Shown one piece after another: positions 49,514 to 59,630 of a stretch of DNA of 64,000 nucleotides. The notes below the pieces were generated by a model. The model was not told the origin of the DNA. It searched no databases and was given only the letters and a program-made list of their open reading frames with translations. Origin of the DNA: Lingula anatina (Eukaryota; Animalia; Brachiopoda); assembly GCA_051362555.1 (NCBI GenBank), contig CM120642.1:30566001-30630000 (forward strand), given 5' to 3'. Numbering within the stretch: the stretch's first letter is position 1; every line of letters starts with the position of its first letter. The position numbers were made by a program, and so were the translations under genes.

Positions 49514-51693
49514 ATGGAGAACAGAAAAAGGTAGGCCCATTTGTGAAGTAAGTCAATGCTATGGAAATCACGTTTTCGGTTGCTTTTAATGTGACTATCG
49601 TAACCCTTTTCTTTATAAAGTGTACCTTGTTACCATGAATTTAACATGGAATTTATAAAGGTAAGTACAGTCGTATGATTTTAGTAACATAGTAGACCCT
49701 ATTTATTTGAGTTTAAATTTTGTGAAATAACTTAAGAAGCCTTTCCGCTTCCTAAAATTTTTATTATTTCAATATGAAAAGGTCATAAAACGTAACCAGC
49801 AAAATACCGGTATTAATAAGTAATTAAAATCTAGCAGCAACATACAACAATTAGGCCTAGTACACGTATGAGGTGACTTGTTTCTTGTAATTTCAGATAA
49901 AAAAAAAAATAAACAGAACAAAAAAAGACAAGAACATAGTCAAAATAGAAAATAAAAATATTACATATCATCTTTTCATGTAATTTACAGGCCCAGCTTG
50001 ACAGCCGATCACTACGATGTATTCTTAGCGCACAGCTTTAAGGACCAATATGCAGTGGAACAGACGCTGCAGATGCTAGAAGAACGTGGGCTTAACTGCT
50101 GTTATTCTAGGCGAGATTTTTTGCCAGGGTATTCCACCATTGCCTGCATCGAAGACGCCGTACTCGCCGCCAGGTTCACTCTGGTGTTCGTCTCTAGGGA
50201 ATTCCTCACGAGCCCCTGGTGTCAGCGCGAGCGCCAAATAGCGGAGGAAAAAGCTGCCGAGACGAGTGATGTAGTTGTGATACCGATTCTTGTCGACGTC
50301 CACAAAAAGGAACTGCCCATTAGTTTCAAAGCGCTGACCTACGTCGAGATGGCGGACCCCGGTGCGTTCATCAAACTTTGCCTGCGCTTAGGGGGTAAGA
50401 AAATATTTTACTGGGTAGCTGTATTTTAATGCCATGCGCTTTTGCGGTATTTCACATAAACTCCCTGAGATGAGCTGCAGAAAAAAAAAACAGCTTTCTC
50501 TTTAAGCCCAGTCATTAAAAGTTGGCAGAAATAAATAAAGTTAGAAATGCCCAATAATAGTAAATTGGATATTGGATATTGTCAAATGGCATAATGTTGA
50601 ATACTAAAAAAAACACAGTAAAAAGGAGGATATAGTTTGCTGTTTACAAATTCTTAATAAACATCGTATGATTTTAGTGCCAGATTTGCCCCTTCGCCCC
50701 ACATACAAGCAGCTTGAGGACCAAATCACAGAGCTGAAGACCGAAGTACGTTATCTCTCCGACAACGCTCAGCATCATCAGCGGCTCTACGATACTCTTC
50801 AGTGTCGTCTTCAAGACTCAAACATGATGGTAAAACGCCTACAGAGAGAGCTGCATAATCTACGCAAAGTTATTAAACAACTGTCAAATCCGCATCACAC
50901 ACCAAAGCTAACCGACAAGCCAAAGATCCAGAAAAACGAAAGTGAAAGTGATGTTGCTAACGTCGAAGAAATGAGTCAACCGAAAGAGCAACGGGTGCCC
51001 TGTGGAACGTATGAACAAGTCTCCTGTGAAGTTGAAATAAACACTCCAAACTTTTTCTTTGCACCATATCAGCAGATGGACAGGACCAACGTGGATGCTC
51101 TCCTCGCAGCCTTCATGAATGCCAAACATCTTGGTGATAAGGCCATGGAAGAAAACCAATCGGCCATCGCCGTGCAATTTTACGGAAAGGCCCGAGAGAT
51201 GCAACAGAAAATCCCTGACATGATCGAGAAACGCGACACCTGCAATCTGCTGATCAGTCTTGGCATTGCTTGTGTTGAGACAGAGTGGTACCCGGCTGCT
51301 TTAGACAGCTTCTCTACCGCAATTTGTCAGCTTGAACGTGATCATGTCTATGGTAAAAGATCTTCCAGCCAAAAGATATCGGCCTGCCATCATTATTGTG
51401 CGTTAGTGCTGAAAAGAATCAAGCGACCTCATCAGGCACTCCAGCATTACGAGAAGGCACTTGCAATTGAGAGAAACCTACGCGGTCCAGATACACGCGA
51501 AATCGTCGCCCACACGCTCCTGTGCCTTGGTGAAAACTACCTCGAGGTCAACAAAGAGGAAGAGGGGCAAGTAGTGCTGCAAGAGGCTTGTCAGATAGAA
51601 AGGTCGCTACACCGCCGAAGCCACAGTCACATAAAAAGGGTGGCCAAAGTACTTTCTGTATCTTCGAACCGTCGTGCAAACCGGAAGATGTAA
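49514..51693 (+). CDS. Cytosolic TIR-coiled coil-TPR protein (~478 aa)
   Basis: Exons 49514-49530 (MENRK, phase 2; least certain), 49991-50394 (TIR: YDVFLAHS, RDFLPG, SPWCQRE) and 50678-51693 (heptad coiled coil, then TPR-like helices AVQFYGKAREM, ALQHYEKALAIE, VAHTLLCLGENY). No signal peptide or TM helix. Confidence 0.85.
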
Positions 51694-52071
51694 CGCTTGA
51701 TTATTAATTGATGATATACCCGGAACCCGATTTTAGCCGCTGTGACTGCATATATATTATTGGTCATATAGATGTGGCTACATTGTAAAGAAAGTATGTT
51801 CAATGTCTTGACGATAATCTTAGTCATAATGATCAATATTTAGTCAAATAACTTTTTAATACTTGAATAACGGTTGTCCGTACACTGTCTATATGTTGAA
51901 TAACGGTTGTCCGTACACTGTCTATATGTTGACCAAACAGTGATATTCCAGAGTGTAAAAGATTTCACCCTCCAACGTATGTATCGCCACAACCTGGACG
52001 AAGTCAAGAATTCTTACGGAGAAAGAGGGACGGCTATGTAACCATGGAATGTCAGCTGAAATCTCACATAT

Positions 52072-52233
52072 CAGGCCCGTAGCCAGGGGGGGGTTCGGGG
52101 GGTTCGAAAGAACCACCCCTTTTGGTGGGAAAAGGTCCACCCTGGGTAAAATTTGATCTAGGTTCATGAAGTCTTTATAGGAAAAGGTCCACTTTTTCAG
52201 AAAAAAGAACCCCCCTTGCTGGCTACGGGCCTG
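52072..52233. mobile_element. MITE with 15-bp TIR CAGGCCCGTAGCCAG (copy 2)
   Basis: Homologous to 40424-40590; flanks CATAT and TATAT. Confidence 0.85.
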
Positions 52234-53182
52234 TATATCACTTTTTGTTCAATTACTCGAGTCAATGCCTATTTCTCTAGTGCAAAGGGGCGGTGCAAAG
52301 GTCCAGCAAACGATCTAGATAATATCTTGCGTATTTGATTCTTGTATAAGATATATTAGATATGTAATAAACATGTGCATTATATAATTTATATGACATG
52401 TAATGTTCAGGGCACTCTGCACTAGGTTAACCCCCCAAAATTTATGTTCTTGGGGGAGGGGGGAGAAGCAGTTTTCTCTCATTCACAAATCTTTGCTCGA
52501 CCCGACCCTGCACTAGGGTTTGATGTGTCATTATTTTTGGTTTAACAATTTAGAACGACGCCTTTCCCGTCCCTAGTTTTCATTATCTAAAACAAGAAAA
52601 TGGGGCGTTGTTTTGTATCGCTGCCCTAGGCATGTGTCGTGTATAATACAGGCGTTGCAAACCATCATGGCTATCTGACAAAACAATAACGACACCATAT
52701 AAGTACGCGTCAGACAAAAAAAAGTTTTATTAATTAAGGGGATTCTATGTGATAAAGAAAATATAAGAAACTTTAGGATAAGAATATGACTGTTGGGGAT
52801 TTGTAAACGCGCGCAGAGTACCTTTGATGTTTCCCTGAAAATGATATATATTTTTTATAATCATGTGCTTGTAATTTGCCACTAAAATGTGTGGTGAATA
52901 AATTTACTAACCAACTAAGAACTGTACGTTGTTATTAACAGTAAAGCGTAGGTCGTTATTTTTCGTTAAAACATCAAGTATTGATGGACTAATGACATCT
53001 TTTACTGTATGAGACGCAGATTATCAGGTATAACTGGATTACATTTTTTTTTCATATGCTAGAAAATATTTTGTTTTCGAAATTACGGGCAAACAAAAGG
53101 TAAACGGGTTTGTTAAGGGAAAGGAGAGGGGACTCAAAGATTGAAAAAATAATAATTAACGTATTGCTATGTTTGGTGCATA

Positions 53183-53628
53183 TGTAAGCGGGATAATAAC
53201 GACAACTGGGGTTTTCAGATAAGTTTATTCTTGGTAATCAAAATAAGAATTAAAATAAGACTAAAATTAAGGCTCCCAGAGAATCCTGTGCTTTCATAAA
53301 AGAATAAACCCGCTTACGGCACATCAAAGTCAAACATCAAATAGAACAAAAACTACACATCAAAAACGCCGAGCGCGTCACGGCCTCCACGAGCGTGCTG
53401 CGTCGTGTGCGGCCGATGACGTGGCTCACGACGTTCTGCGTCGTCAGTGGCGACGACGACATTGCATCAAAAATGTACAAGACAAAGAACACTGAAACAG
53501 GGTACAGTGTCGTCGTCAGTGGCGACGACGACATTGCATCAAAAATGTACAATTATTTTAATTCTTATTTTGATTACCAAGAATAAACTTATCTGAAAAC
53601 CCCAGTTGTCGTTATTATCCCGCTTACA
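53183..53628. repeat. Rearranged 5' LTR: inverted 370 bp (53183-53552) plus direct 76-bp LTR tail (53553-53628)
   Basis: 53183-53552 is the reverse complement of 58782-59151 (one mismatch seen); 53553-53628 equals 59076-59151. Confidence 0.93.
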
Positions 53629-53630
53629 TT

Positions 53631-53648
53631 TGGTACCAGAAGTGGGGT
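53631..53648 (+). promoter_or_regulatory. Primer-binding site, probably tRNA-Leu
   Basis: TGGTACCAGAAGTGGGGT, 2 nt after the LTR-end CA; complementary to a tRNA-Leu(UAA)-type 3' end as I recall it. Confidence 0.75.
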
Positions 53649-53664
53649 AATAAGGCTTCCAGAG

Positions 53665-54624
53665 ATGGAAGAGAAGTTGCGCCAACTCGAAGAGGAACTG
53701 AGTAAAATAAGGGACACCCAACTGATCAATGTGACTGTGACTGCGCCTCCCGTTCGTAAACTGAGAAAGTATGGAGGATCCGCCCATGAACTCTCGACAT
53801 GGATAGAAGATGCCCAGAGCCTTTTACCAAGCATTCCGGACCCTGAGCGTACAAAATTTCTGACTAGTCATTTGGAGGGTATAGCCAGAGAAGAAGTTAG
53901 ACTGATTTCTGACGATGAAAAGAACTCTGCTGATAAAATTTTCAACATCCTCAAGTCGGCGTTCGGAGACACCAGAACCCCAGTGCAGATAAAACGTGAG
54001 TTGTATGATCGTTTTCAGACCCCAAGAGAGAGTATCAGAGAATTTTCGCGTAAGTTACTAGAATTAACTACAAAATTGGAAGATTCAGAAAGTAAAAACA
54101 ACATTGTTTGTGAAGTTTTTAGTGAAAATCTCTATGATACTCAAGTAAAAAGAGAGGTAAAAAGAATCTTCAGATGCAACCCCAGAATTTCCTTCAGTGA
54201 GCTCAGAGAGGAAGCCATTAAGATGGAGAGGGATGGAAAGCCGACATCACAGTCTGCCCATGTCCAATCCCTTCAAAGTGACCAAGGTGAGTTAGAGAGG
54301 CGTATTGACAGCTTGGCAACAAGATTAGAAGAAATATCTACAACGCAACAAGAAATGATTTCATGGATGAGAGATCAACAACAGCCCCGACAACACCGGT
54401 TCCAACCACCACACGGTACAGTACAGTACAGTGCGATATCAGACAGTAAGTCAGCGCCATACACCAACTACCGTTGTCACTATTGCAAGAAGATGGGACA
54501 CATTCAGCGTGACTGCCGTAAGCGTCGGAAGGAAATGACGGGCCAGGGTACGCCGCAGACGACATCCACTTTCAGCGAAGTTCATAGAACAGCTGATAAT
54601 TACTCAAGGGACGAGGGAAACTAA
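53665..54624 (+). CDS. gag: Retrotransposon Gag
   Basis: 319-aa ORF; helical capsid-like region and CCHC knuckle CHYCKKMGHIQRDC. Confidence 0.93.
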   Translation: MEEKLRQLEEELSKIRDTQLINVTVTAPPVRKLRKYGGSAHELSTWIEDAQSLLPSIPDPERTKFLTSHLEGIAREEVRLISDDEKNSADKIFNILKSAFGDTRTPVQIKRELYDRFQTPRESIREFSRKLLELTTKLEDSESKNNIVCEVFSENLYDTQVKREVKRIFRCNPRISFSELREEAIKMERDGKPTSQSAHVQSLQSDQGELERRIDSLATRLEEISTTQQEMISWMRDQQQPRQHRFQPPHGTVQYSAISDSKSAPYTNYRCHYCKKMGHIQRDCRKRRKEMTGQGTPQTTSTFSEVHRTADNYSRDEGN

Positions 54625-54660
54625 AAGGCCCTGCTGACGCGAGGCAAGCAGACGGGGCAA
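54615..54660 (+). promoter_or_regulatory. -1 ribosomal frameshift signal
   Basis: Slippery heptamer G GGA AAC (54615-54621) directly before the gag stop; the -1 frame is open into pol; GC-rich stem candidate gccctgct...agcagacggggc downstream. Confidence 0.75.
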
Positions 54661-54665
54661 AGAAA

Positions 54666-57600
54666 ATGGAAGAAATGATTAAAGCCTCATTAATGGGAAA
54701 ATGTCCAACCATACGTTGCAGTATTTCCGGAGTTGAAACAGAATTATTTCTGGATCTCGGCAGTCAGGTTACGATCCTCGAGGAATGGTGGTTTGAAGAA
54801 AATCTTAAGTCTCAGTTTAGTGACCTTGCAGATGCCTCAACCTGGCTGAGATTAACTGCAGCGAATGGATTGGAGATTCCATATTTAGGTTATTTTATTA
54901 CACACACCACTGTTTTGGGTAAAACTGTAGAAAATTGTGGCATCCTAGTAAATAAGGGTGCATCCTCTCCCAAGAAATCACACATTGCAGGTATCCTGGG
55001 TATGAATGTCCTCCGTCACCTCCCAGATATCCAAGAATTGCTTAAAAAGGTTTCCCCCCAAGAGTCATCTTCATTTTCTTGTGTTGATGGGCATGTTTTT
55101 AAAGTTGCTGGCCAGGATATGGTGAATATTCCAGCCTGGTCCACGCGCATTGTTTCTGCATATGGACCACGTTATCCAGGGATGTTGATCACTGAAGCCC
55201 TCGATAATCCAGTGTGTGGTGGGTTGCTTTTGTACCCAGGGCTAGTCGTATCCGAAAGTGGACATTTTGACGTGGAAGTGTTTAATCCGACGGAAAATGA
55301 AGTTTGGCTTCGACCTCGCTCTCCACTGGGAAGAGTTTCTGCGGCTGATATTGTGGATACAACTCATCAAGTTGAATTGAAGGACTGTGGTGACTGTATA
55401 CAGGTTAGCCTACACCCTAATAAATCCACAGCATCAGTGTGTACAGCGCAGTACGCAACCAGCCAAGCACCCCCTGAGAGTCTAGATTGGTTGAAAGACA
55501 TAGCCGTGGGAGACATTTCCACTTGTGATTCCAAACGACTCACTGAAGTATTAAGTCGTAACAAACATGTGTTTGCTTTCTGTGACGAAGACGTGGGTCT
55601 CACTCATACAATAACTCATCCTATTCACACATCGGATGACGCTCCTGTAAAATGCCCTTACCGACGTATACCGCCGCCGCATTTCCAGGAAGTGAAAGAA
55701 CATATACACGATCTAGTCAAGAAGGGAGTGATACGACCTAGTACGTCTGAGTATGCCAGTCCCATAGTTGTATGCAGGAAAAAGAATGGGAAGATTCGAA
55801 TGTGTGTAGATTACCGGAAGCTGAATTCCAAGACCAGAAAAGATGCTTACCCTCTTCCACGCGTGGAAGAAACGTTTGATCACATGAGTGGAGCTAAGTA
55901 CTTTTCAACAATTGATTTGAAGGCAGCCTATAATCAAGTTGAGGTAGCAGAGCCTGACCAGCATAAGACAGCTTTCACGACCCCAATGGGACTGTATGAA
56001 TATGTTAAAATGCCGTATGGGCTTTGTAACTCGCCCGCGACATTTCAGCGGTTGATGCAACTCATCTTCCGTGACGAAATGAATGAAAAGATGATTGTTT
56101 TCTTAGATGATATTATCGTTTTCTCGTCCACAATTGAAGAGCACTTTCAGCGACTTGAAATGGTTTTTCAGCGCCTGGGAAAACATGGGTTGAAAATCGA
56201 GCCGAGTAAGTGCCATTTATTTAAGAAGTCGGTGACGTACTTAGGGCAAATCATTTCAGAACAAGGGATTTCACCAGATCCAGACAAAGTAAAAGTAGTG
56301 TCAGATTGGCCAGTACCCCAGAATGCTGCGGAACTACGAGCATTTTTAGGCACAGCTGGATACCACCGACGGTACATTCGTCATTTTTCTCAGAAAGCCG
56401 CACCCTTGTTCAGTTTGGTGAACCAAGATCCAAACAAGGGGAAGAAAAGGAAGTTTGGTCGTAAGCTGGAGAAACCACGTGTGCCATTCGTGTGGGGCGC
56501 CGACCATCAGAACGCATTCGACACACTAAAGAGTGATTTGATCTCTGCTCCTGTATTGGGATTTGCCGACTTTTCGAAACCATTTGTTTTAGAGACTGAT
56601 GCGAGTCAGTCTGGTTTAGGTGCCGTTTTATTCCAGGAACAGGAAGGAAAAAGAGTTGTGATTGCTTATGCTAGTCGTGGACTTCGCGGTGCTGAGAAGA
56701 AATTTTACAGTTCAATGAAGTTAGAACTTCTCGCTCTAAAGTGGGCCATAACAGAAAAGTTCCGAGATTTCCTGCTAGCTGCTCCATTCCTGGTATTAAC
56801 AGACAACAATCCTCTGTGTTATGTGCAGTCATCTGCTAAGCTAAGTGCTACAGAACATCGCTGGCAGGCAGAATTGGCCAGATTTAATTTTACAATCCAG
56901 TACCGACCAGGTAAATTGAATGGATCGGCCGATGGGTTAAGTCGAAGACCTCCAGTTGATGACGTCACTGTACTTGATGAAGATGACATTGCAGAAATAC
57001 TACAGGTCACTACAATACCTGCAGAGATTCGCCAGAAGCTACTGAAAGCGACATTATGTACCACCGACGCCAGTGTAAATCACGTATTTGAATCACTTGT
57101 GCCAGTCACACCGAATGGAGGAAGCATCGACATTCAAGAGAAACAGAGAGCTGATCCCGTGATAAACAGATTACGCTATTTCCTTCAGACAGGTAACAGT
57201 CCGTCAGCAAGGGAGAGGCGAAAAGAAGTCCCAGATGTGAAGAGACTTTTAAGACAGATGGAGCGATTTCATGAGCACGACGGAATCCTATACAGAAAAT
57301 GCAGAGATCCAGGCAATGGTGAAGAGATAAATCAACTCTTGCTGCCAGAAAATCTGAAGGAAACAGTATTGAATGCTCTACATGATCGAATGGGGCATCA
57401 GGGGGCTGAACGTACAGAAAAATTGAACCGATCACGATACTATTGGCCTCATATGTCTGCCGATGTTAAGGACTGGATATCAAACTGTGAAAGGTGTAAT
57501 CTGGCCAAAATGCCATCACGAAATATACGTACACCTATGCAAAGCATCATAGCTCATGAGCCAATGGAAATCGTCGCCATTGATTTCACAGTTTTGGAAC

Positions 57601-58721
57601 CAGCCGGAAACGGAATTGAAAATGTTCTTGTCATGACCGACGTATACAGCAAATTTACAATTGCCGTACCTACGAAGAACCAGACAGCTCAGACAGTTGC
57701 GAAAGCCCTTGTGCGGGAATGGTTCCTACATTATGGAGTGCCTCAAAGAATTCACTCAGATCAAGGGAAATCCTTCGATGCCAAGATAGTGAGTGAGTTG
57801 TACAAAATTTATGGAATTGATAAATCCCGCACAACAGCATACCACCCGAGAGGGAATGGACAGTGCGAGAGATTCAATCGCACAATGCATGATCTCTTAC
57901 GTACATTAACACCAGCTCAGAAGACCAAGTGGCCGGACTTCTTGCCTGAACTAGTGTATGCTTACAATGTCACTCCACATTCAGCCACTGGATTTAGTCC
58001 ATTTTATTTGATCTTTGGTCGAGTACCGAAGCTGCCCATTGATTTAATGCTCGATACTTCAACTGCAGTTCCAGACAACAGGACAGAATGGATATGTCGT
58101 CATAGAGAGAGACTTAAGGAGGCTTATAAAAAGACCACCAAGCAACTAGAAGCTGACATTGAAAAGAGGAAAAGGGTTTATGATAAACGTGCAGAAGAGA
58201 GCGTGCTGCAAGTCGGGGATCACGTGCATCTCCGCAACCGCATTCAGGGCAGAAATAAGATTGGGGATGCATGGTCACCTGAAGTCTATATTATTAAAGA
58301 AAGGAAAGACAATACCTACATGGTGGTTGCTATGGTCGGGCGAAAAACCTCCTGTGTTAATCGCAAGGACTTGAAACTCTGTGTACCAAAGACTGTAACA
58401 AAAGCTATTGAAAATCGCAAATCGCGAAGAAATGCAGTCAACCAAAGAAGAGGAGATATTTCGATTTCTTCGGAATCAGACAATGATAATGAACATGGAA
58501 CTGTTTCTAGTTCTTCTGAATCTGACAGTGACAATGAACTGGGTTTTGACGTTCAAATGGAAATGCGATGTGAAACTAGTTCCGACTCGGAACACTCGGC
58601 TCATACAGATGAAGTAGAACCCCCCTCACAATCTGTACGACGCACAACTCGGCGCCGTGCAGGTTTTCATTCGAATCCGTTTAATGAGCCGCGTTCCGTA
58701 TTAAACCAAAACTTTCATTAG
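54666..58721 (+). CDS. pol: Retrotransposon Pol (protease, RT, RNase H, integrase)
   Basis: Uninterrupted 1351 aa: LDLGS protease; MPYGL and FLDD RT; TDAS...ELLA...TDN RNase H; H-H-C-C zinc motif and D,D(35)E integrase (IDF, SDQG, CERFN). Confidence 0.97.
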   Translation: MEEMIKASLMGKCPTIRCSISGVETELFLDLGSQVTILEEWWFEENLKSQFSDLADASTWLRLTAANGLEIPYLGYFITHTTVLGKTVENCGILVNKGASSPKKSHIAGILGMNVLRHLPDIQELLKKVSPQESSSFSCVDGHVFKVAGQDMVNIPAWSTRIVSAYGPRYPGMLITEALDNPVCGGLLLYPGLVVSESGHFDVEVFNPTENEVWLRPRSPLGRVSAADIVDTTHQVELKDCGDCIQVSLHPNKSTASVCTAQYATSQAPPESLDWLKDIAVGDISTCDSKRLTEVLSRNKHVFAFCDEDVGLTHTITHPIHTSDDAPVKCPYRRIPPPHFQEVKEHIHDLVKKGVIRPSTSEYASPIVVCRKKNGKIRMCVDYRKLNSKTRKDAYPLPRVEETFDHMSGAKYFSTIDLKAAYNQVEVAEPDQHKTAFTTPMGLYEYVKMPYGLCNSPATFQRLMQLIFRDEMNEKMIVFLDDIIVFSSTIEEHFQRLEMVFQRLGKHGLKIEPSKCHLFKKSVTYLGQIISEQGISPDPDKVKVVSDWPVPQNAAELRAFLGTAGYHRRYIRHFSQKAAPLFSLVNQDPNKGKKRKFGRKLEKPRVPFVWGADHQNAFDTLKSDLISAPVLGFADFSKPFVLETDASQSGLGAVLFQEQEGKRVVIAYASRGLRGAEKKFYSSMKLELLALKWAITEKFRDFLLAAPFLVLTDNNPLCYVQSSAKLSATEHRWQAELARFNFTIQYRPGKLNGSADGLSRRPPVDDVTVLDEDDIAEILQVTTIPAEIRQKLLKATLCTTDASVNHVFESLVPVTPNGGSIDIQEKQRADPVINRLRYFLQTGNSPSARERRKEVPDVKRLLRQMERFHEHDGILYRKCRDPGNGEEINQLLLPENLKETVLNALHDRMGHQGAERTEKLNRSRYYWPHMSADVKDWISNCERCNLAKMPSRNIRTPMQSIIAHEPMEIVAIDFTVLEPAGNGIENVLVMTDVYSKFTIAVPTKNQTAQTVAKALVREWFLHYGVPQRIHSDQGKSFDAKIVSELYKIYGIDKSRTTAYHPRGNGQCERFNRTMHDLLRTLTPAQKTKWPDFLPELVYAYNVTPHSATGFSPFYLIFGRVPKLPIDLMLDTSTAVPDNRTEWICRHRERLKEAYKKTTKQLEADIEKRKRVYDKRAEESVLQVGDHVHLRNRIQGRNKIGDAWSPEVYIIKERKDNTYMVVAMVGRKTSCVNRKDLKLCVPKTVTKAIENRKSRRNAVNQRRGDISISSESDNDNEHGTVSSSSESDSDNELGFDVQMEMRCETSSDSEHSAHTDEVEPPSQSVRRTTRRRAGFHSNPFNEPRSVLNQNFH

Positions 58722-58755
58722 ACGTGGTCGTCTAATATTTTTTTCCAGGGGAGAC

Positions 58756-59151
58756 TGTACCCTGTTTCAGTGTTCTTTGTCTTGTACATTTTTGATGCAA
58801 TGTCGTCGTCGCCACTGACGACGACACTGTACCCTGTTTCAGTGTTCTTTGTCTTGTACATTTTTGATGCAATGTCGTCGTCGCCACTGACGACGCAGAA
58901 CGTCGTGAGCCACGTCATCGGCCGCACACGACGCAGCACGCTCGTGGAGGCCGTGACGCGCTCGGCGTTTTTGATGTGTAGTTTTTGTTCTATTTGATGT
59001 TTGACTTTGATGTGCCGTAAGCGGGTTTATTCTTTTATGAAAGCACAGGATTCTCTGGAAGCCTTAATTTTAGTCTTATTTTAATTCTTATTTTGATTAC
59101 CAAGAATAAACTTATCTGAAAACCCCAGTTGTCGTTATTATCCCGCTTACA
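58756..59151 (+). repeat. 3' LTR (396 bp), preceded by short PPT aggggaga, with an internal 72-bp tandem duplication
   Basis: TGTA...TACA; repeat units start at 58756 and 58828; AATAAA at 59105-59110. Confidence 0.92.
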
Positions 59152-59630
59152 CATATATAAACGCAACTGCCGGGATATATATATACATATTAAGAGCAAT
59201 TTTACGAGGGTGGGCCTATATATGTCATTTGCTTGCCTACATTGTGTCGTTTCTCTCTGTAGTACTTTGTCATGTTATTTAATTCTTTCTTCAGGGAGGG
59301 ACCAGAAAGCTGAATAAAGGGAGTGGCACGTGCCCCCCTCCCCCCACGCCCCCAGTGCGTTTCTCCTAGCTCTGGTCTCTGGTCCCTGCTAAACGGACCA
59401 TGCAGGAAGAAAAAAAATGCAAATTGCATTAGATGCGATACCATGCAACTATGCATAATCTCAACAGGAGGCGACCTCTATATGCAACTTTAAGAAGTCC
59501 CCGTTAGCAGGTCACGGTCTAGATGTTGACATAACTCTGCTGACACATAATCGAAAGAATGTTGCATCGGTGACGAAAGCGTGATCGGCAGTGTCAGTTC
59601 CACATAACAAAAATTACGAACAGCAAAACA

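Larger units (their letters stand above)
53183..59151 (+). mobile_element. Full-length Ty3/Gypsy LTR retrotransposon with inverted terminal LTR configuration
   Basis: TG...CA ends; TSD CATA (53179-53182 and 59152-59155); gag plus pol in PR-RT-RH-IN order; PBS and PPT present. Confidence 0.95.

Noticed and set aside
51863-51932. 33-bp tandem duplication downstream of the TIR gene
   Set aside because: Real but ordinary slippage, with no sign of function.
53337-53586. Short ORFs shared between 53337-53586 and 58718-58997
   Set aside because: They are chance translations of the LTR and its inverted copy; useful only as evidence of the inversion.
53183-59151. DIRS-type or DNA-transposon interpretation of the inverted repeats
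   Set aside because: Pol encodes a protease and a DDE integrase with no tyrosine recombinase; PBS, PPT and a 4-bp TSD are Gypsy features.
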